From NCBI RefSeq assembly GCF_004765795.1, contig NZ_SBIV01000001.1, positions 434,001 through 498,000 of the forward strand: a stretch of 64,000 bases of DNA, given 5' to 3'. The notes under the pieces were generated by a model, which made no database searches, had not been told where the DNA came from, and saw nothing but the letters and a program-made list of their open reading frames with translations. This document shows positions 1 to 9,384 of this stretch, piece after piece (within the stretch, counting starts at the first letter, position 1; each line of letters opens with the position of its first letter). This DNA comes from Halorussus marinus. GTDB lineage: Archaea > Halobacteriota > Halobacteria > Halobacteriales > Haladaptataceae. Made by a program: the position numbers and the translations under genes.

Positions 1-1491
1 GCGCTGGCGGAGCTCCGACCGGACCTCCGCGACGCGCTCGTCGGCGTCGCCCGTCGGCTCGCCCGAAGACGGCTCGCGGGCCTTCGACGCTCGGCTCGAC
101 TCGCCGCTCGCCCGCGGGTCGTCGGTCCGCGAACGGTCCGCCGCTCCGGAGCGTCGGCCCGCCGACCCGCTCGAGGGCTCGGAACCGCCGCGACTCTCGG
201 TCGCCGACCCCGACGAGGACGGCGAGGGGGTCGACCCCGCCGCGGCGCGCTCGCCGGTCCGCTCGGGACCCGCGTCGTCGGCTGTCCGGTCGGGGTCGAG
301 CGAGGGAATCGTGGTGGTCTCGCGCCACTCGGCCTCGCCTTCGAACATCTCGCCGTCGTCGCTCTGACGTTCGTCCGACGATTCGCCCGAACCGGTCGGC
401 GTGGTCGGCTCGTCTTCGCCGGCGTCGGCCGGCGATTCGTCCGCCGCCGCGCTCGGCGTCGGCTCGGATTGCACCTCGGCGCTCGCGGCGCCACCGGCCG
501 GCTCCGCGGAGTCGGTATCGGCGACCTCGGCTCCGGTGGTCGCCTCGGTCGGGGCGGACTCGGCCGATGAGGTATCGGGAGAGCGTTCGGCCGGGGCGTC
601 GCCGGCGTCGGTCGACGCCTCGGCGGTCGGTCCGCCACCGAGCGCCGACTGGTCGCCACGCTCCCGAGCACTTTGCGCGGCGTTATCTCGCGCGTCCGCG
701 CGCTCGGACCGACTGCCCGTCCCGGACGCGGTTCGTCTCTCGGTCTCCGTCCCGGACGCGTCTCGGGCTCCGGACGGATCGCCGCCTCGGGAGGGGTCGG
801 TCTCGGTCGCGTCGGTCGCCGGCGAGGCGTCGGCCCCCTCGGACGGCCCTCGGCGCTGGTCGCGTCCGGTGGCGGGCGTCGAGTCCGGGGCCGTCCCGCC
901 GTCAGCGCCGCCGGCGCTCGGAGCATCCGGGGCGGGGTCGTCGGGCTCCTCGGGTTCGGGGAGGTCGATCACGTCGATGTCGACGTCGGTGACTTTGTAG
1001 ATGCCCACCTCGTCGGCCGCCCGTTCGAACGCCTCATCGCCGGAGACGACCTGTTCGCTCGCGCCGACGAACGCCACGCTCATCGAGCGCCCGCCGTAGT
1101 AGGCGACGTAGTAGTCCCCGCTCAGGACGTTCTCGCTGAGTTCGATGAAACCAGTGAACCCGCCGTCGCTGAGCGTCGAATCGACCTCCGTCAGCGGCGT
1201 GTCGTTGGTGTAGTACTTGGCTCGCGTGTCGCCGCCGGTCTCTTGCATGCTGAAGAGCAGCGGGAGCGAGGGGTGTGGCGCGGCGTACGCGGTTCCGTCG
1301 GCGTCCTCGAAGTCGTCCAGATCGCCCTCGTGGACGCCGATTGCCCGCCCGTTGAGCATGAACAGCCACGCCCCACCCGTTCGTACCGCCCCCGAGAACT
1401 CCCCGTCGGAGAGTTCGCGCAGGCCGGCGTACCCGCCCGAGAACGGACGGGAGTTCCAGCCTTCGACCTGCTCGACCGTGCGCGTTTCCAT
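1..1491 (-). CDS. Conserved haloarchaeal hypothetical protein (DUF7527-like N-terminus plus long acidic low-complexity region); 3' end lies outside the window
   Basis: Translated by hand from ATG at 1491: METRTVEQVEGWNSRPFSGGYAGLRELSDGEFSGAV...GFTGFIELSENVLSGDYYVAYYGG, followed by a D/E/P/S-rich tract. Absent from the ORF track, consistent with no stop inside the window. Confidence 0.75.
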   Translation of the reverse strand, partial: METRTVEQVEGWNSRPFSGGYAGLRELSDGEFSGAVRTGGAWLFMLNGRAIGVHEGDLDDFEDADGTAYAAPHPSLPLLFSMQETGGDTRAKYYTNDTPLTEVDSTLSDGGFTGFIELSENVLSGDYYVAYYGGRSMSVAFVGASEQVVSGDEAFERAADEVGIYKVTDVDIDVIDLPEPEEPDDPAPDAPSAGGADGGTAPDSTPATGRDQRRGPSEGADASPATDATETDPSRGGDPSGARDASGTETERRTASGTGSRSERADARDNAAQSARERGDQSALGGGPTAEASTDAGDAPAERSPDTSSAESAPTEATTGAEVADTDSAEPAGGAASAEVQSEPTPSAAADESPADAGEDEPTTPTGSGESSDERQSDDGEMFEGEAEWRETTTIPSLDPDRTADDAGPERTGERAAAGSTPSPSSSGSATESRGGSEPSSGSAGRRSGAADRSRTDDPRASGESSRASKAREPSSGEPTGDADERVAEVRSELRQR

Positions 1492-1533
1492 GTTACGGTC
1501 AAGCCAAAGCCCTTCTAAATATCTTGCGGCCCG

Positions 1534-1900
1534 CGACCTTTTGCTGCGGGCGCGCCCCGAGCGGCGCGCCCTTGCAAAAGCTCGATCAAAATCCTGCGTC
1601 ACCCCCTTCGGGGGTTCCTTGGTCCGCTCGCTCGGGCTTCGCCCTCGCTCTCGGTACAATTGCTCGCCTCCCGTGGACGATGGGAGTCACGAAGGTCACA
1701 AAACAGTGCGTGGCTCGGGGACACGTTCCACGGACCCACACCACAATCCGCCGCGAGCGACCGAAGGGAGCGAGCGGACCAAGGAACCGTCGAAGGAACA
1801 CCCGAGCGAAGCGAGGGTGTGACTGAGGCGGTGACGCCGTGTTTTTGATCGAGCTTTTGCAAGCGAGCGCCGCTCGGGGCGCGAGCGCAGCAAAAGGTCG
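1534..1900. repeat. Non-coding nested inverted-repeat element (MITE/REP-like)
   Basis: About 58-bp imperfect terminal IRs (1534-1591 and 1843-1900), an inner 8-bp IR (1596-1603 and 1830-1837), a perfect 21-bp IR (1613-1633 and 1768-1788) and small internal hairpins. Confidence 0.85.
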
Positions 1901-1902
1901 TT

Positions 1903-2181
1903 TTAGATCTTAGACTCGGCGTCGTCGGCGAGTTCCTGCATGCGCTTGCCGATGCGGCCGGCCTCGCTGAACTCGTCGTCGCTCATCGCGGTCGCGAGCG
2001 CGTTGCCGAGGACGAATACGGCGTGTTTGTGCTCGCTCTTGGACTTGTGGACGTGCGAGGGGTCGACGTCCAGTTCCTCGTAGGGGTCGAACAGCCCGTC
2101 GGCGACGCTCTCGCGGTCCTGAAAGTACTCCATGATGAGGACCATCTCCTCGTGGAGTTCGAGAAGCTCGTCTTTGTGCAT
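1903..2181 (-). CDS. UPF0058 family protein
   Basis: MHKDELLELH...YEELDVDPSHVHKSKSEHKHAVFVLG signature. Confidence 0.85.
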   Translation of the reverse strand: MHKDELLELHEEMVLIMEYFQDRESVADGLFDPYEELDVDPSHVHKSKSEHKHAVFVLGNALATAMSDDEFSEAGRIGKRMQELADDAESKI

Positions 2182-2248
2182 GGACGTGGGTAGGGAACTG
2201 TTCGGTTTAAGGGTTTCTGAGAACGGGTCCCACGAGAGAAAGGGAGAG

Positions 2249-2467
2249 CTAGAAGACGTACTCGTCTTCGTGACCCATCATGCCTTCGTCTTCGAGGCCG
2301 GGCTCGCGGTCGTCGTCGTCCATGGGGCCGCTCGTCTTGTAGGCTTTCAGGCCGGTCGAGAGGAGGTCCTCGATCGCTTCCTCGCGGTTGACGAACTCGC
2401 CCTGTTCGACCATCTGGGCGATCTGCATTTCGAGGTGCTCCGGGATAGTTATCTCTACCTTCGGCAT
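2249..2467 (-). CDS. Ribbon-helix-helix (CopG-like) domain protein
   Basis: MPKVEITIPEHLEMQIAQMVEQGEFVNREEAIEDLL fits the beta-alpha-alpha RHH pattern; acidic tail. Confidence 0.75.
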   Translation of the reverse strand: MPKVEITIPEHLEMQIAQMVEQGEFVNREEAIEDLLSTGLKAYKTSGPMDDDDREPGLEDEGMMGHEDEYVF

Positions 2468-2655
2468 TGGAACATTGGTGGCTTCGGGAGGGGTGTTCTT
2501 AAGTCTGACGGGGAGAGTTCGAGTGTTCCTAAAGGTTTTATCTGCTACCGAAAATTCTGTTCGGAGAGTCGTAACTCAGACTCACTCAGTCGGAATTCGC
2601 GGGACCGACCGCCGGACAGCGCTCGGACGATCAAATAAAGGGGTTCGGACGGCGG

Positions 2656-2946
2656 TTATCGGCCGCTCAGCATCTGCTCGATCGAGTCTTTGATCCGGCT
2701 CGGACCCAGCGACGCGAGCTTTTGCTCCATCCGCTTCTGATTGAAGTAGCTGGCGAACCCGATGATCGTGGGCGCCCACAGGCCGACGAACAGCCCCATC
2801 TCGCGGTCGCCCCGCACGAAGAACTGATACCACGAGAGCGCGACGGACGCTACCGACGCGAGAACCGCGATGTCGGTCGTCGAGTCCTCGGCGGCCTCCA
2901 TCGCCGCTCCGCTACCACTGTCTTGGGTTTGTTTTTGCATCGCCAT
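2656..2946 (-). CDS. Small membrane protein (2 TM)
   Basis: C-terminal part of ORF 2656..3591 from the ATG at 2946: ...AVLASVASVALSWYQFFVRGDREMGLFVGLWAPTIIGFASYF. Confidence 0.7.
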   Translation of the reverse strand: MAMQKQTQDSGSGAAMEAAEDSTTDIAVLASVASVALSWYQFFVRGDREMGLFVGLWAPTIIGFASYFNQKRMEQKLASLGPSRIKDSIEQMLSGR

Positions 2947-3123
2947 GCAACCCGAATCTTTGGCCACGCGTCCTTTGTTATTGAGTCGATGCCCGCGAGT
3001 ACCCAGCGTTTCTCTCGGGAAACATCGGGTTACGACCGCGAAACACGCGGTTTTCGCGGTCGGTCGCGAGCCGAATCGCCCCGAGTCGATAGACCTACTT
3101 GTCTCCCAGCCCGACCACGGGAC

Positions 3124-3720
3124 ATGAGCCTCACGGACGTGACCGACCTCCACGAGGAGTTCGACGGCGACCGCCTCCCGCCGGGCCAGCGGGAGACCAG
3201 CAAGTTTCCGGTCCTCTCGAAGGGCGGGACCCCCGACTGGGACCCCGAGACGTGGGAGTTCACCGTCTCGGGCGCCGTCGACGACGAGCTGGCGTTCTCG
3301 TGGGAGGCGTTCAGAGACCTCCCGACCGAGACCCAGCGTCAGGACTTTCACTGCGTGACCGGCTGGAGCAAGTTCGACTGCGAGTTCACTGGCGTCCCGT
3401 TCGCGACGCTCGCCGAGCGGGCGGGCGTCGACGACGAGGCGGTCCACGTCATGTTCTCCGCCCTCGACGGCTATACGACCGATCTGACCCTCGAAGAGTG
3501 CATGCGCGAGGAAGTGCTGTTCGTCTACGAGTACGACGGCGAGCCGCTCGCGCGCGAACACGGCGGCCCGCTCCGGGTAGTGACGCCGCACAAGTACGCC
3601 TACAAGGGCGCGAAGTGGGTCGACGGCGTCGAGTTCCTAACCGAACCCGAGCGGGGCTACTGGGAGAAGCGGGGCTACTCCGACACCGCGAACCCGTGGC
3701 GCGAACAGCGATACAGTTAG
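3124..3720 (+). CDS. Sulfite oxidase-like molybdopterin oxidoreductase (YuiH/MsrP-like)
   Basis: RLPPGQ, DFHCVTGWS (Mo-ligand Cys), EHGGPLRVV.P.KYAYKGAKWV, GYWEKRGY; ATG at 3124. Confidence 0.9.
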   Translation: MSLTDVTDLHEEFDGDRLPPGQRETSKFPVLSKGGTPDWDPETWEFTVSGAVDDELAFSWEAFRDLPTETQRQDFHCVTGWSKFDCEFTGVPFATLAERAGVDDEAVHVMFSALDGYTTDLTLEECMREEVLFVYEYDGEPLAREHGGPLRVVTPHKYAYKGAKWVDGVEFLTEPERGYWEKRGYSDTANPWREQRYS

Positions 3721-3752
3721 ACTGAAGGGTTCCCGACCCTGAGTCCGACTGA

Positions 3753-5087
3753 ATGGAGTCATCGCCCCGCGACGGACAGGTGTCGGCCGAACCGACCGGC
3801 TCCGCGGTCGCGAGCCGGGCCTGCCAGCTACCCGACTGCGCCGCCCGGTCGTTTCTCGCCGGGCGCGACGCCCCTCGCGTCTACTGGACCAGCCCGTACG
3901 GGCCGGAGTTCTCGGGCGGCGGGAGCGCGGCCCGGATCATCGCGACCGACCCGAACCGCTTCGAGTCCGTCCGCGAGGACGCGGCCGACCTCTTCGACGG
4001 GGTCGAGTACGACGGGCCCGGGGTCGCCCGTCCGCGGCTGTTCGGCGGGTTCTCGTTTCACGACGATCACGAAGCGCTCGCGCCGTGGCGGGGGTTCCCG
4101 CCGGCCCACTTCGTGCTCCCGCGCACCCTCCTGACCCGCGCCGACGGCGAGACGTGGGTGACCGTCTCGGTGCCCGAAAGCGCGCCCGAGACCGTCGACG
4201 AGGAGCTCGAATCGGTCCGCGAGCGTCTCGTCGACGACGCGCCCGAGAGCCGCCTCCCGTCGGTCGTCGCCACGGAGCCGACAGCGACCCGCGAGGAGTG
4301 GGCCGCGCAGGTCCGGGGCGCGGTCGAGCGCATCGAGCGCGGCGACCTCCGGAAGGTCACCCTCGCGCAGGCGCTTTCGGCCGACCTCGACGGCCCCGTC
4401 CCGATTCCGGACGTCCTCGAACGCCTCGGCGAGTCGTACCCCGACTGCTTCCGGTTCCTCTTCGAGCCGACCGCCGAGGCGGGCTTTTTCGGCGCGACGC
4501 CCGAGCGGCTCGCGACTCTCCGGGGCCGGACGGTCGAGACCGACGCGCTCGCGGGGTCGGTCGGTCGGGGCGAGACCGACGCCGAAGACGAGCGACTCGA
4601 AGCCGACCTCCGGGACAGCGAGAAGATGCGCCACGAGCACGAGCTGGTCGTCGAGACGATCCGCGACCAGCTCGGCCCCCTCGCCGGCTCGGTCAGGGTC
4701 GGCGACCGGCAGGTCCGGAAGCTCGCGAACATCCAGCACCTCTGGACCCCGGTCGAGGCCGAGTTCCCCGACGACGCCGGCCACGTCCTCTCGGTGGCCG
4801 AGGCGCTCCACCCGACGCCCGCGGTCGGCGGGCTCCCGCTCGAGGAGGCGCTGGCGACCATCCGGGCGGTCGAGAGCTTCGACCGCGGGTGGTACGCCGC
4901 GCCCGTCGGCTGGTTCGACGCCGACGGCGACGGCACATTCGCGGTCGGCCTCCGGTCGGGGGTCGCGACCGACCGGCGGGTGACGCTGTTCGCCGGCAAC
5001 GGCATCGTCGCCGACAGCGACCCCGAGACCGAGTACGAGGAGGTCCAGCTGAAGTACCGGCCGATCCTCGACGAACTCCAGCGATGA
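3753..5087 (+). CDS. menF: Isochorismate synthase
   Basis: FFGATPERL, ALAGS, HEHELVV, LHPTPAVGG, DRGWYAAPVGW, FAGNGIVADS; overlaps menD (ATGA). Confidence 0.92.
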   Translation: MESSPRDGQVSAEPTGSAVASRACQLPDCAARSFLAGRDAPRVYWTSPYGPEFSGGGSAARIIATDPNRFESVREDAADLFDGVEYDGPGVARPRLFGGFSFHDDHEALAPWRGFPPAHFVLPRTLLTRADGETWVTVSVPESAPETVDEELESVRERLVDDAPESRLPSVVATEPTATREEWAAQVRGAVERIERGDLRKVTLAQALSADLDGPVPIPDVLERLGESYPDCFRFLFEPTAEAGFFGATPERLATLRGRTVETDALAGSVGRGETDAEDERLEADLRDSEKMRHEHELVVETIRDQLGPLAGSVRVGDRQVRKLANIQHLWTPVEAEFPDDAGHVLSVAEALHPTPAVGGLPLEEALATIRAVESFDRGWYAAPVGWFDADGDGTFAVGLRSGVATDRRVTLFAGNGIVADSDPETEYEEVQLKYRPILDELQR

Positions 5088-6877
5088 CCGACCGCTCGGA
5101 CGCCCCGGCGCCGAACCGCAACACGCTGTGGGCCCAGGCCCTCGTCGCCGAGTTCGAGGCCGCCGGGATCGAGGCGGTGTGTATCGCGCCCGGGAGCCGG
5201 TCGACGCCGCTCACCGTGGCGTTCGCCGACAGCGACCTCACCGTGTTCTCGCACCTCGACGAGCGGTCGGCGGCCTTCTTCGCGCTCGGGCGGGCCAAGC
5301 GCACCGGGCGCCCGACGCCGCTGGTCTGTACCTCGGGCACCGCGGCCGCCAACTTCCACCCCGCGATCATCGAGGCGAATCAGGCCCGGGTCCCGATGGT
5401 CGTGCTCACCGCCGACCGGCCGCCCGAGCTCAGAGACTCCGGCGCGAACCAGACCGTCGACCAACAGAAGCTCTACGGCGACGCGGTCCGGTGGTACACC
5501 GAGCTCCCCGAGCCCGAGGCCGACGACCGCAAACTCCGGTCGGTCCGGACGACCGCGGGCCGCGCCGTCGCGGAGTCGACCGGCACGCCACCGGGGCCGG
5601 TCCACCTCAACGTCCCGTTCCGCAAGCCCCTCGAACCGATCGAGGTGCCCGGCGACGTGCCCGAGGGCTTCCCCGACGACCACCCGCTCGCGGCCGACGG
5701 TCGGGATGGGCCGTTCGTCCGGACCGCCGGCGGGCGCCCGGGCCTCGACGAGACCGACCTCCGGGTTGTCCGGGACGCAGTCGCCGACGCCGACCGCGGG
5801 CTGGTCGTGGTCGGCCCCGCCGACGCGCCGACGCCCGACCGGGCGGCGCTCGCCGACCTCGCGGTGGCGACCGGCTTTCCGGTGCTCGCAGACCCTCTCT
5901 CGGGCCACCGCTTCGGGCACGCGGCGCCCGACGACGGCGGCCCGCTGGTCGCCGGCGGCTACGACGGTTACCTCGACGCCGTCGCCGATTCGTGGCCCGA
6001 CCCGGAGGTGGTCGTCCGGTTCGGCGCCTCGCCCACTTCGAAGGTGCTCCGGCAGTATCTCGGTGCCAGCGGCGCCCGCCAGTTCCTCGTCGACCCGGCG
6101 GGCGAGTGGCGCGAGGCGACGTTCGCCGCGACCGACCTGCTGGCGGCCGATCCGACCCTGCTCGCCGAGCGACTCGCCTCGGCGCTCGACGCCGACGAGG
6201 CCGGCGAATCGGGGCGTGCGTGGCGCCGGCGGTTCGTCGACGCCGAGCGCGAGTACTGGGAGACCGTCGAATCGGCCCGCGAGGACCGCCTGTTCGAGGG
6301 CGGGGTGCTCTCGGCGGTGGCCGCCGACGCGCCCGACCCGGCGACCGTGATGGTCTCGAACAGCATGCCGGTCCGAGACCTCGACCGCTTCGGCGAGCCC
6401 CGGGCGGCGGCGCTGACGGTACTGGGCAACCGGGGCGCGAGCGGCATCGACGGCATCGCGTCGACCGGGCTGGGCGCGGGGAGCGCGACCGACGACCCCC
6501 TCGTCGTCGTCACCGGCGACCTCGCGTACTACCACGACATGAACGGTCTGCTCGCGGTCAGGCGGTGTGGCGTCGACGCCACCGTCGTCGAGATCAACAA
6601 CGACGGCGGGGGCATCTTCCACATGCTCCCGATCGAGGGGTTCGACCCGCCGTTCACCGACCAGTTCAAGACCCCTCACGGGCTCGACTTCGAGGCGACC
6701 GGCGACCTCTACGGGCTGGAGTTCGAGCGGGTCGCCGACCTCGGGTCGTTCCGGTCTGCGTTCGCCGACTCGGTCGACCGCGACGGGACTCAGGTGATCG
6801 AAGTCGTGACCGAGGCCGCCGAGAGCCACCGCTACCGCGAGGAACTCGCCGAGCGAGTCGGTCGCCGCCTCGGGTAG
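5084..6877 (+). CDS. menD: SEPHCHC synthase (TPP-dependent)
   Basis: IAPGSRSTPL, LDERSAAFFALG, CTSGTAAAN, NRGASGIDG, GDLAYYHD, NNDGGGIF; ATG at 5084. Confidence 0.95.
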   Translation: MTDRSDAPAPNRNTLWAQALVAEFEAAGIEAVCIAPGSRSTPLTVAFADSDLTVFSHLDERSAAFFALGRAKRTGRPTPLVCTSGTAAANFHPAIIEANQARVPMVVLTADRPPELRDSGANQTVDQQKLYGDAVRWYTELPEPEADDRKLRSVRTTAGRAVAESTGTPPGPVHLNVPFRKPLEPIEVPGDVPEGFPDDHPLAADGRDGPFVRTAGGRPGLDETDLRVVRDAVADADRGLVVVGPADAPTPDRAALADLAVATGFPVLADPLSGHRFGHAAPDDGGPLVAGGYDGYLDAVADSWPDPEVVVRFGASPTSKVLRQYLGASGARQFLVDPAGEWREATFAATDLLAADPTLLAERLASALDADEAGESGRAWRRRFVDAEREYWETVESAREDRLFEGGVLSAVAADAPDPATVMVSNSMPVRDLDRFGEPRAAALTVLGNRGASGIDGIASTGLGAGSATDDPLVVVTGDLAYYHDMNGLLAVRRCGVDATVVEINNDGGGIFHMLPIEGFDPPFTDQFKTPHGLDFEATGDLYGLEFERVADLGSFRSAFADSVDRDGTQVIEVVTEAAESHRYREELAERVGRRLG

Positions 6878-6947
6878 CCCGGGCCGTTGTGCTCGGTGAT
6901 GACCGAGGCAACATTAATGTCCGTTTAGCGTCAATTCAGCCCGAACC

Positions 6948-7322
6948 ATGTCAGTAGCCGCCGCCGAATCGCTGACCGAGTTCCTGCGCGAGCGCGTCGG
7001 CGACCACCTCCGGAGCGTCGTCCACTACACCGCCGACGACTGGCAGGTGGTGTATCTCCGCGACGACGTCGCCGACCGCTACGCCGACGGGGAGATCGAG
7101 CGGGCGGTCGACGACGTCCGACTCGAAGGATTCGGCAAGCCCCATCAGGAGAGCCTCTACGACCACGGCGAGCTGAACTGCACGGTCAAGTGCTTCGAGA
7201 ACGCCGTCGAGATGCACTTTGCCCACGACGCCAACACCGGCACCGCGGTCGCGCTCGACGCCGAGGTGTTCGCGGTCCACAACACGTTCATCGGCCGTTG
7301 CAGGGAGTTGGTGGCCGATTAG
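6948..7322 (+). CDS. Conserved haloarchaeal hypothetical protein
   Basis: GDHLRSVVHY...VYLRDDVADRY pattern typical of small haloarchaeal families; acidic composition. Confidence 0.7.
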   Translation: MSVAAAESLTEFLRERVGDHLRSVVHYTADDWQVVYLRDDVADRYADGEIERAVDDVRLEGFGKPHQESLYDHGELNCTVKCFENAVEMHFAHDANTGTAVALDAEVFAVHNTFIGRCRELVAD

Positions 7323-8506
7323 CGCTCGGCCCGAGCCATCTCCTCGATTCGGTCGAGGCCCGTCTCGATGCGGTCTAAGCTGTTCGCGAAGCTGATCCGG
7401 AGGTAGCCCTCGCCGGCGTCGCCGAAGCCGTCGCCGGGCGCGGTCACGACTCCGTACTCCTCGAGCAGGCGCTTGGCGACGTCGAAGCTCCCGCCCTCGA
7501 ACTCGCTCACGTCGAGGAACGCGTAGAACGCCCCCTCGGGGCGCGGACACGAGACGCCGTCGATGTCGGCGACGCGCTCGACCACGTAGTCCCGGCGCTC
7601 CTCGAACGCCGCCTTCATCTCCGCGACGGGCTCTTGGGGTCCGGTCAGCGCGGCCAGCGCGGCGTGCTGGCTCACGCTCGACGAGCAGGCGGTGGTGCTC
7701 TCGCCCAGCTGTGTGACCGCGTCGACGATCTGCTGGGGGCCCGCGAGCCAGCCGAGCCGCCAGCCGGTCATCGCGTAGGTCTTCGAGCACGAGCCGACTG
7801 TCAGCACCCGCTCGGGGTGGTCGACGTACGACGCCATCCCCCGGAACGACTCGTCGTACGTGAGCCGACCGTACACCTCGTCGGCGAAGACGTAGGCGTC
7901 GTGGGCCGCGGCGGCGTCGACCACCTCGCTGATCGCGTCCTCGTCGTAGACCCGTCCGGTCGGGTTCGACGGGGTCGTCAGGATCACGGCGGCGGTGTCG
8001 TCGCCGATGGCGTCGGCCACGCGGTCGGCGTCGAGGTCGAACCCCTCGTCGGCCGACAGCGGGACCTCTACCGGGGTCGCGCCCGCCATCGCGGCGTGGT
8101 TGTAGTAGTTCGGCCACGCCGGCGTCGGGATCACCACCTCGTCGCCGGGGTCGGCCACCGCGAGGGTCCCCAGCGCGAGGGCCTCCATCGCGCCCGACTT
8201 GACGGTTACCTGCTCGGGCGAGACCGTCACGTCGCTCTCGCGGGCAAGTTCGTCGGCGACGGCCTCACGGAGCGGCGCGATCCCCTGATTGACCGTGTAG
8301 TGAGTCTCGCCGTCGCGGGCCGCCCGGTCGGCCGCGTCGAGAACGTGCTCGGGGGTGTCGAAGTCGGGCTCGCCGACGTGGAGTCGGACGGGATCGCCGT
8401 CGTGTTCGGCGGCGAGATCGAACATCACGCGGATCTTCGAGCGTTCGAGGTGGTCGACTCGGGCCGCGGTCGGTGGCGTCGAGGCCTGCTGGCTTGCGTC
8501 GGTCAT
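7319..8506 (-). CDS. PLP-dependent aminotransferase class I/II (aspartate aminotransferase-like)
   Basis: VGEPDFDTP, PSNPTG, DEVY, SCSKTYAMTGWRLG; start at ATG 8506. Confidence 0.92.
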   Translation of the reverse strand: MTDASQQASTPPTAARVDHLERSKIRVMFDLAAEHDGDPVRLHVGEPDFDTPEHVLDAADRAARDGETHYTVNQGIAPLREAVADELARESDVTVSPEQVTVKSGAMEALALGTLAVADPGDEVVIPTPAWPNYYNHAAMAGATPVEVPLSADEGFDLDADRVADAIGDDTAAVILTTPSNPTGRVYDEDAISEVVDAAAAHDAYVFADEVYGRLTYDESFRGMASYVDHPERVLTVGSCSKTYAMTGWRLGWLAGPQQIVDAVTQLGESTTACSSSVSQHAALAALTGPQEPVAEMKAAFEERRDYVVERVADIDGVSCPRPEGAFYAFLDVSEFEGGSFDVAKRLLEEYGVVTAPGDGFGDAGEGYLRISFANSLDRIETGLDRIEEMARAER

Positions 8507-8621
8507 GGGCGTACGCACGGAATCTGGCGTGAAGTAAGTTCGTCCCCCGGAAAACGGGCCGGGTCGTCGCGTCGAGTCGCCCCGCCACACCGCATATGCG
8601 AGCCGAGCGCGTTGTTCACCT

Positions 8622-9341
8622 ATGACCGATTCGAGCGACGACGAGTTCGATCCGCAGGCTCCCGACCAGCGGGAGATCGGCCGCGAGATGGTCGACGAGA
8701 GTACGGGTCTCGGATCGGTGATGGCCCACGCCTACCGCGGGGAGGTCGATCGGGTCGGGACGTGGCGCCAGCGGCTCGATCAGGCCACGACGTGGTCGGT
8801 GACCGTGTTGGCGGCGATCCTGACGTGGGCGTTTTCGAGCGGCGACAACCCCCACTACATTCTGCTGATCGGGGTCGTCGTCGTCGCTATCTTCCTCGGC
8901 ATCGAGGCGCGGCGCTACCGCGACTACGACGTGTTCCGGTCGCGGGTCCGACTCCTGCAGGAGAACCTGTTCGCGAACGCGCTCGACCCCTCAGACGGCG
9001 TCGAGAGCCGCGACTGGCGCGCCCAACTCAGCCGCGACTACCGGCGGCCGACGCGGAAGGTCTCGGTGCCCGAGGCGCTCGCGAACCGGCTCAAGCGGGT
9101 CTATCTCGCCCTGCTCGGCGTCCTGCTCGTCGCGTGGGCGTTCCGGATCACGGCGTTCGCGCCCCGCGAGGACTGGCTGACGGCCGCCGCGATCGGCACC
9201 ATCCCGGGCGTCGCCGTGATCGGGACCGTCGGCGCGTTCTATCTGGCGATGGTCGCGATCGCGTTCTGGCCCCGCGAGCGCCACGCCAAGGGGGAGTTCC
9301 GCGAGGGCGACCCCGACGAGTGGAAGGACCTCGACGAGTGA
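8622..9341 (+). CDS. DUF2270 family membrane protein
   Basis: HAYRGEVDRVGTWRQRLDQATTW and EARRYR.YDVFRSRVR motifs; 4 hydrophobic segments. Confidence 0.85.
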   Translation: MTDSSDDEFDPQAPDQREIGREMVDESTGLGSVMAHAYRGEVDRVGTWRQRLDQATTWSVTVLAAILTWAFSSGDNPHYILLIGVVVVAIFLGIEARRYRDYDVFRSRVRLLQENLFANALDPSDGVESRDWRAQLSRDYRRPTRKVSVPEALANRLKRVYLALLGVLLVAWAFRITAFAPREDWLTAAAIGTIPGVAVIGTVGAFYLAMVAIAFWPRERHAKGEFREGDPDEWKDLDE

Positions 9342-9384
9342 CGAACGTGGAACCTATTTGGGGGTTCCCCACCCACTCGGGGGT

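Noticed and set aside
1524..1893. Small ORFs inside the inverted-repeat element
   Set aside because: Basic, non-haloarchaeal composition that mirrors on both strands because of the palindrome; no transposase motifs.
2193..2205. GGAACTGTTCGG upstream of UPF0058 as another CGAA-N4-TTCG site
   Set aside because: The spacer is 3 bp with a mismatch and the site lies between the TATA and the start codon; weak.
4067..6829. 920-aa minus-strand ORF and the many other long overlapping ORFs (e.g. 49383..52076, 61668..63938, 58782..60839)
   Set aside because: Antisense or off-frame shadows of real genes in high-GC DNA; Arg/Gly/Pro-rich with no family motifs.
4085..6877. Apparent long fusion ORFs (4085..6877 menD, 12355..14307 menC, 46360..48321 hisF, 42157..43872 HEAT, 54354..56492 MBL)
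   Set aside because: The N-terminal extensions are off-frame reads of upstream genes; the true starts are internal.
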